DNA of 64,000 nucleotides from Octopus sinensis (Eukaryota). Every line of letters begins with the position of its first letter. Position 1 is the first letter of the stretch. Location of the stretch: contig NC_043001.1 in assembly GCF_006345805.1 (NCBI RefSeq), positions 33,108,001 through 33,172,000 of the forward strand. The letters are read 5' to 3'. The translations under genes were made by a program, and so were the position numbers. Shown piece after piece: positions 25,929-39,215 of the stretch. The notes below the pieces were generated by a model. The model saw only the letters and a program-made list of their open reading frames with translations. It was not told where the DNA came from and ran no database searches.

Positions 25929-26170
25929 ACACACACACATGTATACATTCTCACACATATGGGCGAGTGCACACGAGTGTATGCTAAAAGAGATTTTCAC
26001 AAAACGGGACTTAGTCGGATGAACTAAGAAATGTTTTAATTTCTTAATCGATCCGCTATGTATGTATGTATGTATGTATGTATGTATGTATGTATGTATA
26101 TATGTATGTATGTATGTGTATATATATATATATACATATATATGTGTGTGTGTGTGTGTGTCTGTTATGC

Positions 26171-26232
<62 letters not shown>

Positions 26233-26313
26233 ATTTATGTATATATATATTGTGTACGTAGATACGCAGTATGTGAATCTTTGCATATAACTGAACAACG
26301 TAAATTATTGCAG

Positions 26314-26460
26314 ACGACCGAGTTTCTGCAATGAACAATGGAGAGCTACATGTCCGCAACGTGCAGGATTCAGATGCCTCTTTGGTATATCGTTGCGTGA
26401 CACGAAATATACTGACACAAGATACTAAGACAAGTCCTGCTGCTTCTATACACGTCCATG
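26314..26460 (+). CDS. Dscam: Dscam-like exon, Ig2 C-terminal half
   Basis: ttgcag|...|gtaagt, 147 nt, phase 1-1. Encodes [49 protein letters not shown], compare Dscam GELHIREV..ED....Y.C.T...LT.ET..S. In frame with the previous exon. Confidence 0.92.
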
Positions 26461-26859
26461 GTAAGTCAAAAATAATCAATTCTACGTACCTGTGTCTATG
26501 TATGTACAGTCGTAAACATGTGTGGTTCTGCCCTCGGCAAAATTTTTCTGTGTGTGTTTTTTTGCTAGTGCATGCACATCAATGTGCATGAAATGGTGTA
26601 GAAATATATTCATTAGTTTATGTTCATGAGCATGCATGCGGTTGAAAGTGCATAACTATATGTGCTCCGGCTTTGATGATGTTTATGTGTTTATATCCAA
26701 ACTTTACTTGCATGACTTTGCACACGTATACGTATGGGTATGTATGTATAGGGTTTTTGTAGCGGAGTACATCGTTATTTCAGTGTATTTATTTGTAGTT
26801 TATGCAGGTATGTGTGAAATTCTTTTTATGCAAAAAAGAGCAAAAGAGCATGCATAGTT

Positions 26860-26884
26860 TCATATATATATATATATCCATGTA

Positions 26885-26963
<79 letters not shown>

Positions 26964-27114
26964 TATCCATGTATGTACATATATATAAATAATTATGTAT
27001 ATATATGTATGTAAGTATATATGTATGTATGAATATATATATACGTATGTAATATATCTAGAAACGTATGTATATATATATATGTAATATATATATATAT
27101 GAATATATATAGAA

Positions 27115-27162
<48 letters not shown>

Positions 27163-27353
27163 GAATATATAAGAAATGTATATATGTATATATATAATAT
27201 ATATATGAATATATATAGAAATGTATATATGTATATATATATATATATATATGAATATATATAGAAATGTATATATGTATATATATATATATATATGAAT
27301 ATATATAGAATGTATATATGTATATATATATATATATATGAATATATATAGAA

Positions 27354-27390
<37 letters not shown>

Positions 27391-27800
27391 TATATATATA
27401 TGAATATATATAGAAATATATATGAATATATATATATATATATGAATATATATAGAAATATATATATATATATATATGAATATATTATATATATATGAAT
27501 ATATATAGAAATATATATATATATATATGAATATATATATTATAGAATATATATAGAATATATATATATATATATGAATATATAGAAATGTATATATATA
27601 TATGAATATATATATATATGAATATATATAGAAATGTATATATATATATGAATATATATATATATATGAATATATATAGAAATATATATATTATATATAT
27701 ATATATATATATGAATATATATAGAAATGTATGTAAAAATATATATAAATGAATATATATAGATATGCATGTATGTATATATATATGTATGTGTGTGTGT
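26860..27800. repeat. (TA)n-derived minisatellite with recurring GAAT / AGAAATG interruptions
   Basis: Repeating unit approximately atatatatgaatatatatagaaatgtatatatgt. Confidence 0.92.
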
Positions 27801-28580
27801 GTGCACGCGTTAATGTAACAAGAACAATAGGAAAAATGAAAAGCCAGTTTGAGTGCATACTTATATTTATTCATGTGTGAAATATATCAGCGTTTTTATA
27901 ATGAGTGAAGTTGAAATAATGATACCCTCTCTCTCCCTCTCATTCCCTTTCCTGCTCTCCCACACTCACTTTCTCCCTTAGTTTCTCTCTCCCTCTGTCT
28001 CTCTCTCTCTTTCTCTCTCTCAAGATCACTGAGTTAAAAATAATATCACAGACTGGCATAATGCCACAAATTGTAAAAGGTAGAGCGTGTGGTTTATTTT
28101 TCAACTGTTTGCAATCACTGGACTGTAGCAATTCTCAGGCACCACTGTCTATGGTGTAGTCGATTACACTGGCTTTAGTGCTTATTTAATCGAGTTGTAT
28201 TTGTTTCATCCACCGTGAAAACATAACTGGAGGAGTGAACTTGGGCGGGATTTGAATTCAGACTATAAAAAAGGCACTACCATATATAACGGAATATTTT
28301 ATTCAACCTGTCCTGCCATTCGTTCGTCATTCTGGTTAGTTGATATAACACACAAGGAATAAAGTAGATGTCAGAAATTCTATCAGGAAAATAATTTGAA
28401 AGAAGTATTATTTACAATTGTTTTCTCTGTAAGAATAAGTGATCAGAAATATCATAAATATTTGTAGTGTATTCTTTAGTATATTTTAAGTTCAAATTTG
28501 TCGACCACTTGCGAATTAATTAATTAGGTGAAATTCATAAAAAAATGTTTGGATGATCCCGAATGATTTCTTATATATTT

Positions 28581-29165
28581 CTTTATTGCCCACAAGGGGC
28601 TAAACATAGAGGGGACAAACAAGGACAAACAAAGGGATTAAGTCGATTACATCGACTCCAGTGCGTAACTAGTACTTTATTTACCGATCCCGAAAGGATG
28701 AAAGGCAAAGTCGACCTTAGTGGAATTTGAACTCAGAACGTCACGGCAGACGAAATATGGCTACGCATTTTTCCCGGCGTGCTAACGTTTCTGCCAGCTC
28801 GCCGGAATGATTTCTTATATTGATATGCGATTACAAGTTAATGAAATGTATGTGGCTTGTAGTTTCGTATTCGATTGATTTGATCTTAATACATGCTACG
28901 TATAGGTACGTGAAAAATCTACAGGGTTGTAATATGAAGTGAATATTGGTTTCAAATTTTGGCACAGAGCCAGGAATTTCTGGGAAGGAGACAAGTCTAT
29001 TACATCGACCTCAGTCTTCACTTGGTACTTACTTATTTTATTAATCCCGTAAGGATGAAAGGCAAAATCAACCTCGGCGAAAGTTGAACTCAGAATATGA
29101 AGACCGACAAAATGCCATTAAGCATTTTGTCCGGCGTGCTAACGATTCTACTAGCTCGCCACCTT
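28581..29165 (-). mobile_element. Two family-A SINE copies (28581-28804, 28955-29165)
   Basis: Reverse-complement match to 45744-45975. Confidence 0.85.
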
Positions 29166-29885
29166 ATACGAAGTGAATATTAGAAGTTATTTTAAGGAAA
29201 TATGTGTAGTTGTGTCCTAGTGGAGAGCTAATACAAGGGAGATAATCATTTCCTTATAGTATTTGGCAGAATTAAATGTTTCTTTTTGAAATTAAGTAAG
29301 AAAGAAAAAGAGGCATAGCATACACATATTTTTTAAAATCTTTTTGCTTACTTATAATAACGTTCTTAAAATTTGTAGTCGGGGTAATCATGCAAAACAC
29401 TATTTCAGTCTTTTTAGAAACCTTCAGCATGACAAAACGTGAAGAATGAAGAATTTTATGATGATGTTTTTATGATGATGTTTTTATCTTTTATTATATT
29501 AAGGCAATTTTTGCACTAATGAAAAAAAAAAATAAAGACATGTAAATAATTAGAATGTTTTATTTTATTGGCGTGAAAAAGACTTAAATATTTTGAATTT
29601 TGATTAATAACTTTTACATATCAAAATTTTACGAGATAAATTACTATGTGTAATGATTTTGTAAAAGTGTTTAAGGCTCTCAGCTTTCAGCAAATCCTAA
29701 TAGCTTATTGAGAAAAGAATAGATTATCATTACGTTCCATTTATAATTATTTCTAAAAGTAGAAACGTAATAAATCACTGTAGGGCATTTTGTCTTGCGG
29801 TTTCAAGTTTATTTCCATTCCATAGCTTTTCATACTAATAACAATTGCATTACAATTCTTTGTATTTTCTTCTTTTAATTTTCAG

Positions 29886-30173
29886 ATCCTCCAGTTATTT
29901 GGAAAACACCAAATATTGAAACGACTGATACAGGTTTGATTATCCAGGTTGGAAAGACAGCGGAACTACCATGTGTAGCCACAGGCAATCCTCTACCAAA
30001 CTACAAATGGACAAAAGGCAGCAAAACGATTGTCAGTGATAAAAAGAAATTTGAACAAAAGGGTGGAAACCTTGTGATACACAATTTAACTGTTACAGAC
30101 AGCGGAGTCTATAAATGCGGGGTTTTTAATAAGAAAGGTTCAACTTCAGTGTCAATACAGTTAACGGTTACAT
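29886..30173 (+). CDS. Dscam: Dscam-like exon, Ig3
   Basis: ttttcag|...|gtaagt, 288 nt, phase 1-1. Encodes DPPVIWKTPNIETTDTGLIIQVGKTAELPCVATGNPLPNYKWTKGSKTIVSDKKKFEQKGGNLVIHNLTVTDSGVYKCGVFNKKGSTSVSIQLTVT, an I-set Ig domain (C..W..DSG.Y.C). Confidence 0.92.
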
Positions 30174-30607
30174 GTAAGTTTATTATTTTATTTTGTTCTT
30201 AAGTAACTAGGAAGGAAGTACGTTGTATAAACGCACATACACACACAGACAAACACACAAGCACATTTCAATATATTATAAATCACAGCATTATGACTAG
30301 GCTTAGTAATAGGCTTGAAACCACTCACGAGAGTGCATAAATATGTGTGTGCCAACTGTTGATATAGTCTGATATATGTATGCGTGTGCACCCGAAAGTG
30401 TGCACGTGTGTATGTGTGTGTGCTCGCGTATTGTTTTGCTTTTCTACTGGTTTCAGACTTCGGACAGAACCATGCTGAGACGCTACCTTCAATGTATCGA
30501 TTATTTTACTTTGTTGACTCTATCGAATGGCCAAATAGTCGTTGGCGTAATACGACACATATAACTTTCTAAATAACAAAGTAATTTTTGTTGGAAACAG
30601 CTTTATC

Positions 30608-30663
<56 letters not shown>

Positions 30664-31198
30664 CAAATGATTTATAACTGTCTAGATATTAAAGTGGAAA
30701 ATTATCAAAAAAGCCATAACTATTCATCCTTTCAAACATGTGTGTATGTTTGTGTGTTAACTGAAATGAATTCAATATGTGGCTGGATGAATAGAAAAGT
30801 ATTACGAGTTTATAGAGAAAGATGAACGCTCTTAACCTATTCTTGTGCTTCATGTCTAAGACACCTTACATTTCAATATTCTCTATCAATTCCTCCGAGG
30901 CCGACTTTGCCTTTCGATAAATTAAGTACCAGTTGCATACTGGGGTCAATCTATTCGACTGGCCTCCTCCCACAAAATTTCGGGCCTTGTGCCTAGAGTA
31001 GAAAAGAATATTCTTTACCGATTCTGTTTGTTACCACACTCTTTTGATGATTCCTAGCACAGACACAAAGCCAAATATCTAAGTGCGTGCCAATATACTT
31101 AACATAGTACGTGAAACTTAAAATGGTCTTTATTCAGAAGGAACCCCTAGAAAATTTCTCGTTGTTATTATTTTTTAGAGTGCTTAATCTTGCCCAAG

Positions 31199-31510
31199 TT
31201 TCACATAACAAGTGTGTACTCATTTTCGCTTCGTAGTTGCGTGTAAGACTACATTTCAATGAGGTGATCTAATAACTTCGAAACATACTCAAAATTGCCA
31301 CGGTAGCATCCACAGGTCACATTAAATATTACTTCATATAGACCCCTAATCAATTTCACATAACAAGTGTGTACTCATTTTCACTTCGTAGTTGCGTGTA
31401 AGACTACATTTCAATGAGGTGATCTAATAACTTCGAAACATACTCAAAATTGCCACGGTAGCATCCACAGGTCACATTAAATATTACTTCATATAGACCC
31501 CTAATCAATT
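31199..31510. repeat. Tandem duplication of a 155-bp unit
   Basis: Unit tcacataacaagtgtg...gacccctaatcaattt at 31201 and 31356; one substitution seen. Confidence 0.93.
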
Positions 31511-33238
31511 TTTAATCAACATTAATTCCAAAGTTACTCCTCTTAACAACATTTATCAAAAATGCTAATATATTTCCTCTCACTAAGTGTATAATTTAAA
31601 TTTTTTACACATTATTTAGGGGGCATTGTAGAAAACACTCACCCACGGTTATCTTCGGTGGTATCGAACTTACAGTGGTGTATTTACGTAGAAAACTGCC
31701 TAACCATACAGTAATGCCTATACTCATGTATATATTTCTAAGAAATAGGATTCAGCTATAAGCAACGTCTAATCGAATCAATTGCTTATCTTTTTTTTCC
31801 CCAAAACCAATCTTAGAATATTCTATCCACCTCATTTTATCTTCCATTTAGCCAGCTATCAGTTTTTTCATCGATTTATCAATATTTCCTTTTTTATTAT
31901 TTCATCCATTCTTTGTTACATTATTTCAATAGGTTTCTTTAACTTTTTATTTATGTATTTTTTGCTTACGCATTTCATTTTCCTATCTTCTACCTGTCTA
32001 TATTAATTGTTCCATTCTTCAGTACTGCTTGTGATTGCTTTATCTTGCAACAATTGCAATATTCGAAGACGGACGATGTGCTGGCCACCCTCCGCCTCTG
32101 CAAATGGATTAACAGCTTTAAAGCATTTAGTTTCGTTCTTTTCGTTCTGTATTTTTATTTCCTTTTGTTTTGTTTTGTACCTTCTATTCTTGCAATCGAA
32201 GGCCTGTAATTAGTTTCTATGGGAAATCCAATCCATTCACACAGCCATACTATCACAACCGCTGTTTCTGAATTAATTCAGAAATAAACGACTAGCAAAG
32301 ACAAGTTCGTCAAATATTTGTGTTCGTCGGCTTGACGTAATAACTTGCAGCAATATATTATTGAAAGAACGTTTCGGCTTTAAAAAAATGGCGGCAACAA
32401 GCAATATATGATCGGCCATTTTGACATGTAGTTAATCGTAACTGAATCCAAATTATTTTGTGGTCACAACTCCAGGAATAGTTGATGTCAGTATAGGTAA
32501 CCTACGAGACGGTTCCATTTATTTTTCAATGTAACCTTCAGCCTTTCTAGCTTATGGTAACTATGGAGTGTCAAGTGAAGCCACTAAGAAATGCTCGGTC
32601 TATAAATAAGTTGAAAAACCTTCATCAAGTACAACCCTAATGTGTTTTCAAAAATCATTGTAATCTATTCTTAGATAAACTATGTCTGAAAAAATAAAGT
32701 CAGGGTGGTCACAGCAGGAAATTATTTAATTATAGGTGTTTTCGATCAAAATTGACCTAGTGATAAATAACAACAGCCAGTTTCCATGAAAACATTGCCG
32801 TTAAATATTAACAGATAAATGTTAACAGTCTATACAGTACTGGGGTGAGTGATCTATTATTGGATGCTTAATAGTTTTATCGACTTCTTTATCACCAGTC
32901 CTCTTGTAACACTAGTCAGAATAACCAGTGTCATAATGAGTCAATGAGAAGAGATGTCTACGCAGTTGATCAACCTGCTAGAAATAGCTGTCTCATCGTA
33001 CTTTACCATAAAGTAAGTCAAGTTGAACATAATGTAGCTCTAGATAAACAGCGTTTGAATTGAAGACGAGCCAGCTGTAGCTAGAATGCCTTTGACAGTA
33101 GATCTATCTCTTCAACGAGGACTAAATTGGAACTAAGTACAAATAGTAATTAACAACAAGAGAATCGATAGCAGCAACATCAATAACGACCAATATTATA
33201 ATAATGAAAAAATAAAATTCATTTCCATTTTATTTCAG

Positions 33239-33508
33239 CACCGCTCAGCGCTACTCTATATCCAGCCGACCAAATCGTTGATGCAGGTCGTGTGGCTACC
33301 TTCAACTGTTCAGTGCAGGGTTCCCCAATAAACGAAATTACGTGGTACCACAATGGAGAGCCCCTCACCAACAGCAGTAGAAAACACATCATTGTTGATA
33401 ACCGGTTGCAACTACCGGTTGTGAATAGAAATGACCAAGGCATGTACCAATGTATAGTAGGAAATGATGTAGATATGTCGCAGGCCACTGGAGAACTACG
33501 CCTTGGAG
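33239..33508 (+). CDS. Dscam: Dscam-like exon, Ig4
   Basis: tatttcag|...|gtaaca, 270 nt, phase 1-1. Encodes SPLSATLYPADQIVDAGRVATFNCSVQGSPINEITWYHNGEPLTNSSRKHIIVDNRLQLPVVNRNDQGMYQCIVGNDVDMSQATGELRLG, matching Dscam Ig4 (PLSA...P..Q.VD.GR.A.F.C...G.P; D.GMYQC.V.ND...A.A..EL.LG). Confidence 0.94.
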
Positions 33509-33658
33509 GTAACATTCTATTTGTTTACACACTACTCTATTCTTGGTTTCTGAAAATGATAATTGTTTGAAGTGTATCCTTTAAATGGTTATTTTTTATG
33601 TCTGAAGTGCTATATATATATATATATATAATATATATATATATATAATATATATATA

Positions 33659-34061
33659 TACAAGGTAAGAAAATGAAGAAATACATCTAAATCAAATATC
33701 AATTATCAGATAATACTCAATCACATACTTTATTAAACACCACATAAGAGACTGTAGGGTTAAACATAAAAAAAGCTTTTTAATGTTTAACCCTACAGTC
33801 TCTTATGTGGTGGTTTAATAAAGTATGTGATTGAGTATTATCTGATAATTGATATTTGATTTAGATGTATTTCTCCATTTTCTTATCTTGTATTAGTAAT
33901 TGTGGTAAATCCTTTTACCTTTACCCATATAATACAGTAAATGAATTGATTGCATCGCAATCCTTAACATTTATGTATTAACTTTGTTGGGTACTTCACT
34001 AGCAGTATATTGGATATATGTTATCCTATGGAGGGTTGCATTTACAACCCCTATCTCAATT

Positions 34062-34063
<2 letters not shown>
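33659..34063. repeat. Near-perfect 234-bp palindrome (33659-33892) heading a short repeat-like segment
   Basis: Arms of ~115 bp centred on AAGCTT (33773-33778) with only a few mismatches or indels. Flanked by (TA)n. Confidence 0.85.
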
Positions 34064-34103
<40 letters not shown>

Positions 34104-34599
34104 TCGCTTAGTTAAATTAAATTCAGGCATTGTTTTTGAAATCTAAGAATCACTGATTCTACGAACTGGTCACTTTGTTGATAAAATGCCTGACAGAAGG
34201 CCTCTGTCGATCAGGGCTGACTATGTATCTGAAAATCTGCATCTGTATACGCAGGTCTGTCCCGTAAGATTCAGAGGATTGAACACTAGATGTTGCCAAT
34301 GCATGCAAATTTTATTCCATACCATTGATATTGCGCAAAGGAAAGAGCCGTCGCTTTAAGAACAACACAGATTAGTAAAAGTGTCAAGATAACAGTTGCT
34401 GCCAGAAGGCAAAAGATAGAGACAGATACTACAAGGTTCCTAAACCGACGCTCTAGCAGATCTACTTATTCCTTGCTCTTGATTAATTACATTTTATTGA
34501 CCTCAAAAGGACGAAATATTAATTATACATACATACATACATACATACATACACGTATCCATAAGATATATTTACCAAAATTATATAAAAAATAGCTTG

Positions 34600-35379
34600 A
34601 AATACTAAAGAGTAAATTTATTCAATAAAATCGTCATTGGCTTCAGCCACGACCTCCAGAGGACTTCGGAATCTCCTGCAGCTCTTCTGGACGATCCCCT
34701 TCTTTAACTTGGTAAATGCTGCCGCAATTATTGCTTTCAGTTCATCTCTGCTTTTGCAAGGAGTTTTGTTGGCATCTCACTCAACTGCGCTCCACACATA
34801 ATATTCAAGGGGATTGCAGTCCAGGGATATAGGTGGCCAGATGTTACGGTGACATGGTCGCAGAAATTGTCTGATAGTCATGACAGGGCTCTCCTGCTTG
34901 TGTGGCACGGTGCATAGTCCTGTTGCCATACATAGGGTCTTCCAGCAGCCACCCTCTTAACCCAGGGCAGCTCTACTTTCTCAAAGCACTTGATATAGGC
35001 CTCCGCGTTGAGTTTGAGGTCGAGTGGGAAGATGAATGGAGGCATAACGTCGCCATCACCAATGATCACTCTACACACCAGGGTGACTGGATGTTTGATT
35101 TTTATCACTCTCAGAACATGTCCTCAGATTGCACCGTCCTCGGATTGACACCCAAACACTCTGAAATATTCGTATTGGAGTTTCCGGTGCGAATGCCATG
35201 AAGAACAGCATATCGTTTCCAAATTTCTGGTAGAATGAATTGCCTCATGTTGCTGTTTTTTCTCACAGATAGTGCCAAACTAACCCTAATATACTGAGTA
35301 GTTTCAAAATCAGAAACCAACAATGCGCATGCGCGAAATAAAAAATATAAAATGGCGACAATTTTTGCATCATGCCCTG
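34600..35379 (-). mobile_element. Internally deleted Tc1/mariner-superfamily element
   Basis: MRQFILPEIWKRYAVLHGIRTGNSNTNISECLGVNPRTV (HTH-like), GDVMPPFIFP..LKLNAEAYIKC...VWQQDYAPCHTS, and DCNPLEYYVW; terminus cagggcatgatgcaaaaa abuts (TA)n. Confidence 0.8.
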
Positions 35380-35413
35380 AATATATATATATATGTGTGT
35401 GCGTGTACATATA

Positions 35414-35473
<60 letters not shown>

Positions 35474-35581
35474 TATACACGCACACACACACATACATGT
35501 GTATGTATATAAATTATTTAATTGTCAGTGTGAATAGGCATCATTAGATCTATGTATGACATATTTCATTTCTTCTTTCAG

Positions 35582-35878
35582 CTGCGCACCCTGCCTTTCT
35601 AGAAACGTTTGACACTGTTTTAGTACAACCCGGCTCCAACGTCACCTTTAAATGTGCTGTATCTGGAAACCCACCTCCGACAATCCGCTGGACTTTAGAT
35701 GATGAATTGATCTATTCCAGTGATATTACAACGATCAAAACATACGCAACAGAGCAAGCAGATGTAGTCAGCACTTTGCATATAACAAATATCCAAGTAC
35801 AAACAGGTGGAGAATACCGATGTATTGGATCAAATGTTGTAGGGAAAGTCACTCACATGGCTAGAGCTAATGTTTATG
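35582..35878 (+). CDS. Dscam: Dscam-like exon, Ig5 (absent from the supplied ORF track)
   Basis: tcttctttcag|...|gttagt, 297 nt, phase 1-1. Encodes AAHPAFLETFDTVLVQPGSNVTFKCAVSGNPPPTIRWTLDDELIYSSDITTIKTYATEQADVVSTLHITNIQVQTGGEYRCIGSNVVGKVTHMARANVY, matching Dscam Ig5 (PG..V...C.A.GNP.P.I.W.LD; DVVS.L.I....GG.Y.C...S.VG...H.A..NVY). Confidence 0.93.
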
Positions 35879-36224
35879 GTTAGTATACATCACTTTGGTT
35901 TTGGTTATTGCTTAGCTTTCAATTTCTAGGTGAAGGTTTGATTTAACGCCTGAAAACGAGCAGATATTTTTGAGTGTATGCTTGAATGTGAAGTTAAGGA
36001 AGCGGTTCCAAATCAAATTTCTACTTCGATATCTATTGCGAGCTTTTGAGGAATGCTTTATCATAATCTCAAACCACCCCGGGATTCTTGAACTAAATTC
36101 GGCAGAAGAAAACTGTAGAAGGTGCATGGATGAGTTGTACATGCTTATGGAATATATACTTAATGGAATTTCCAGTTGATACCCACTCTTCACCTTAGAT
36201 GAGCTTCTGTAGAGATTTTTTTAT

Positions 36225-36560
36225 TGCAAGTTTTCGGTCATAGCATATATATACATACATAGGGAGAATTCACAAACAAAAACAAAAGACGAAGACAGGT
36301 GGCGTAGACAACAAACAGATATATTAGTATAACGCTCGGGAAGTGAAAAGGTCTTTAACATTTCGAGCCTACGCTCTTCCACAGAAAGGAACACAGAAAG
36401 AAACAAAGAGAGAAAATAAAGAATATGTAGTGGCTAGCGATCTATCACGGCGAATGCCGGACAGAGGGGCCACACAGGAGAGCTAGAAGGAGGGAAGATA
36501 ATAAAGTAGTGGTGATCCCAAAACGAAGATGCGCGTGCGTATGTATAAGAGAGCATGTAT
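36225..36560 (-). mobile_element. Dispersed repeat carrying a CTGTNGA-core hammerhead-like motif (probable Penelope-type 3' end)
   Basis: Minus strand 36353-36388 reads CTTT CTGTGGA A GAGC GTAG GCTC GAAA T GTT AAAG. Related copies at ~50583-50750 and ~465-730. Confidence 0.65.
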
Positions 36561-37638
36561 GCACGTGTGAAAAAGAGAGCATGTATGTGCGTGTGGAAGG
36601 GGGCTGTTGACCTTGAAGTGTGTGTATGTGTAGGTGTGTGGATGTGGGGCTGGGAAGTGGTAGTGCTAGTGTGTGCGTGGTTGTGTGATGTGATGTGATG
36701 TGTTGTGTTGTATGGTGGTGTATGGTGTAGTGCTGTGTGGTATAGTATGATGGTGTTGGGATGTGGGGGAGGCGAGAGTGGGAAAAGCAAGGGAGAAGAG
36801 GAAGGGAGAAAGTGGGTAGGAGTGGAGAGAAGGAGAGTAGGAGCGAAAAGAAGAAATAGTAGGGATATATATGTATATATAAAGGCGGAGCTCCAGCATG
36901 GCCGTAGTCAGATGACTGAAACAAATCAAATAATGTAAATTATATATATAATATATATAATGGTGGAGCTCCTGCATGACCGCAGCTAGATGACTGAAAC
37001 AAATATATATACCGCACACATTGCAACATCTAGCTATAATCCTAAGTAAGAAAACTGAACTGTCATTTAAGGATTGCAATATTGCATCAACCTGTGTATA
37101 CAATTACATGTAAACTCTATTAGAGACTTCAGCACTAATTTTCAATAAATATCACAGTAGTATTAGTGGTAACCTGAGAAATATCAGTAAAAATTTATGG
37201 AAGGTTAAACAGTTAATGATTTAGAGTTAATTTCGTTGGTGGCAGTAAGCCGAGTGTTCGGTTTTCATATAAAGGAAAAATGTGTGTATTAGGGTAAGGG
37301 ATTATATGTGAAGTAAATATTAAGAGATAATAATATTCACAGCTAATTTTGGGAAATTTTCCAGAAAAAATCACCACTTAGAGAATTTGAATGACAGCTC
37401 AGTTTTTTTGCTTAGTATTACAACTAGATATCGCAATGTGTGCAGTTTCTTGCTGAGATAAAACTGATACGTGTGATTCCCAAGTGAACAGGGAAGAGTT
37501 TTGTTGAAAATACACCAGGGTACAATGGGCAAGACTTTCCTCCGTTCCTCTGAAGAAGTATATATGTGAATGAATCTCGAATCTAAACTAATCGAACTTC
37601 CATCAGTGAGGGTATTTTTCTATGTATACAGTACAACG

Positions 37639-37930
37639 TGGAGGCGCAATGGCCCTGTGGTTAGGGCAGCGGACTCGCGGTCGGAGGATCGGGGTTTCGA
37701 TTCCCAGACCGAGCGTTGTGTGTGTTTATTGAGCGAAAACACCTTAAAGCTCCACGAGGCTCTCGCCGGGGGGTTACCCCTGTTGTTCTCTTTCGCCCCA
37801 ACGTTCTCTTACTCTCTTCCTGTTTTTTGAGTAACGCTGCGATGGACTGGCCTTCCGTCCAGCTGGGGTGGGGGAACACATACGCCACAGAAACCGGGAA
37901 ACCGGGCCTATGAGCCTGGCTAGACTTGAT
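37639..37930 (+). mobile_element. Family-B-head SINE with a different 3' tail
   Basis: Head matches 49273-49385; tail (ccacagaaaccgggaaaccgggcc) is related to 22620-22680. Confidence 0.8.
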
Positions 37931-38115
37931 AAGGGCGTCGTTTATCGTTATACAGTACAACACCTGTGTGTTGGATTTCATATGAACCAATGCCTTTTTG
38001 ACTATGAATTTGATTCCCTGCCAGCTAATCAAGCGAGATGATACCAAAGTCTACACAGCATTATTGATTTCCTCACTCATTTTTTTTTTTTCGTTTTTCT
38101 CTTCGTTTCCTTAAG

Positions 38116-38226
38116 GTGTTCCATACGTTCGTGTGTTGCAAAATATCACAGCTACAGCAAACCAACCATTAATTATGAAATGTTATGTCTCCGGATATCC
38201 GATTGGGTCGATTACCTGGTTCAAAG
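38116..38226 (+). CDS. Dscam: Dscam-like exon, Ig6 N-terminal half (absent from the supplied ORF track)
   Basis: Long pyrimidine tract then ttaag|, donor gtcagt, 111 nt, phase 1-1. Encodes GVPYVRVLQNITATANQPLIMKCYVSGYPIGSITWFK, compare Dscam GLPYIR.M......G......CPVAGYPI.SI.W. Confidence 0.9.
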
Positions 38227-38779
38227 GTCAGTAAAAATATCTGATAACCTCCATTTACTGTTTAGCTACTGGTGTTTTGAATTTAGTATTTTTATTGAAA
38301 GTATCTCTGCGTTGTTTTTTTTTGGTGTGTTTTTTTTTCAAAAAATTATAAAATGCTGTTTTGATAGTTAATATCACAATTTGTTTATATATTAATTCTA
38401 ACGTAGACACACCTTTTGTTTTGGAAGAAGGTAAAGTTGATTATATAGAAACCATAATTTGATAGAAACATGTTTTATTGACTTCGGAAGAGTGACGGGC
38501 AAAATTGGCTTTCATACATGTATTAATACTAAAAACATCAAAGTTTCCTTTATACACTTCGTCACAGCAGTCATAACATATCTCATTGGTCAGGCCTCTT
38601 CCTTAAAAACTTTGTGAGCCAAACTTTACAGCTATAGAATGTTGGGATACATGTTTCATACATACATACATACCTATGTGTGTGTGTGTGTATGTATGGG
38701 CGTGTGTGTATGTATGGGCGTGTGTGTATGTATGTATAAAAAGTCAAAAGAAAATGAAGAAAAATATAAAAGATGCTCA

Positions 38780-39215
38780 ATACATATATATATGTATATA
38801 TATATATATGTGTGTATTATATGTGTATATTTATACATATATATATATATGTATATATATATGTATATATGTGTATAAATATATGTGTATATATATATGT
38901 ATATATGTGTATAAATATATGTGTATATATATATGTATATATGTGTATAAATATATATGTATATTTATGTATATATATATATATCTGTATATATGTGTAT
39001 TTATTTATATATGTGTATATGTGTGTGTATATATATATGTGTGTGTGTATATATGTATATATATACATGTATGTATATTTGTGTGTATATATATATGTGT
39101 GTGTATATATGTATATATATACATGTATGTATATTTGTGTGTATATATATATATGTGTGTATATATGTATATATATACATGTATGTATATTTGTGTGTGT
39201 ATATACATATATGAA
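38780..39215. repeat. Compound (TA)/(TG) microsatellite
   Basis: Direct inspection. Confidence 0.95.
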
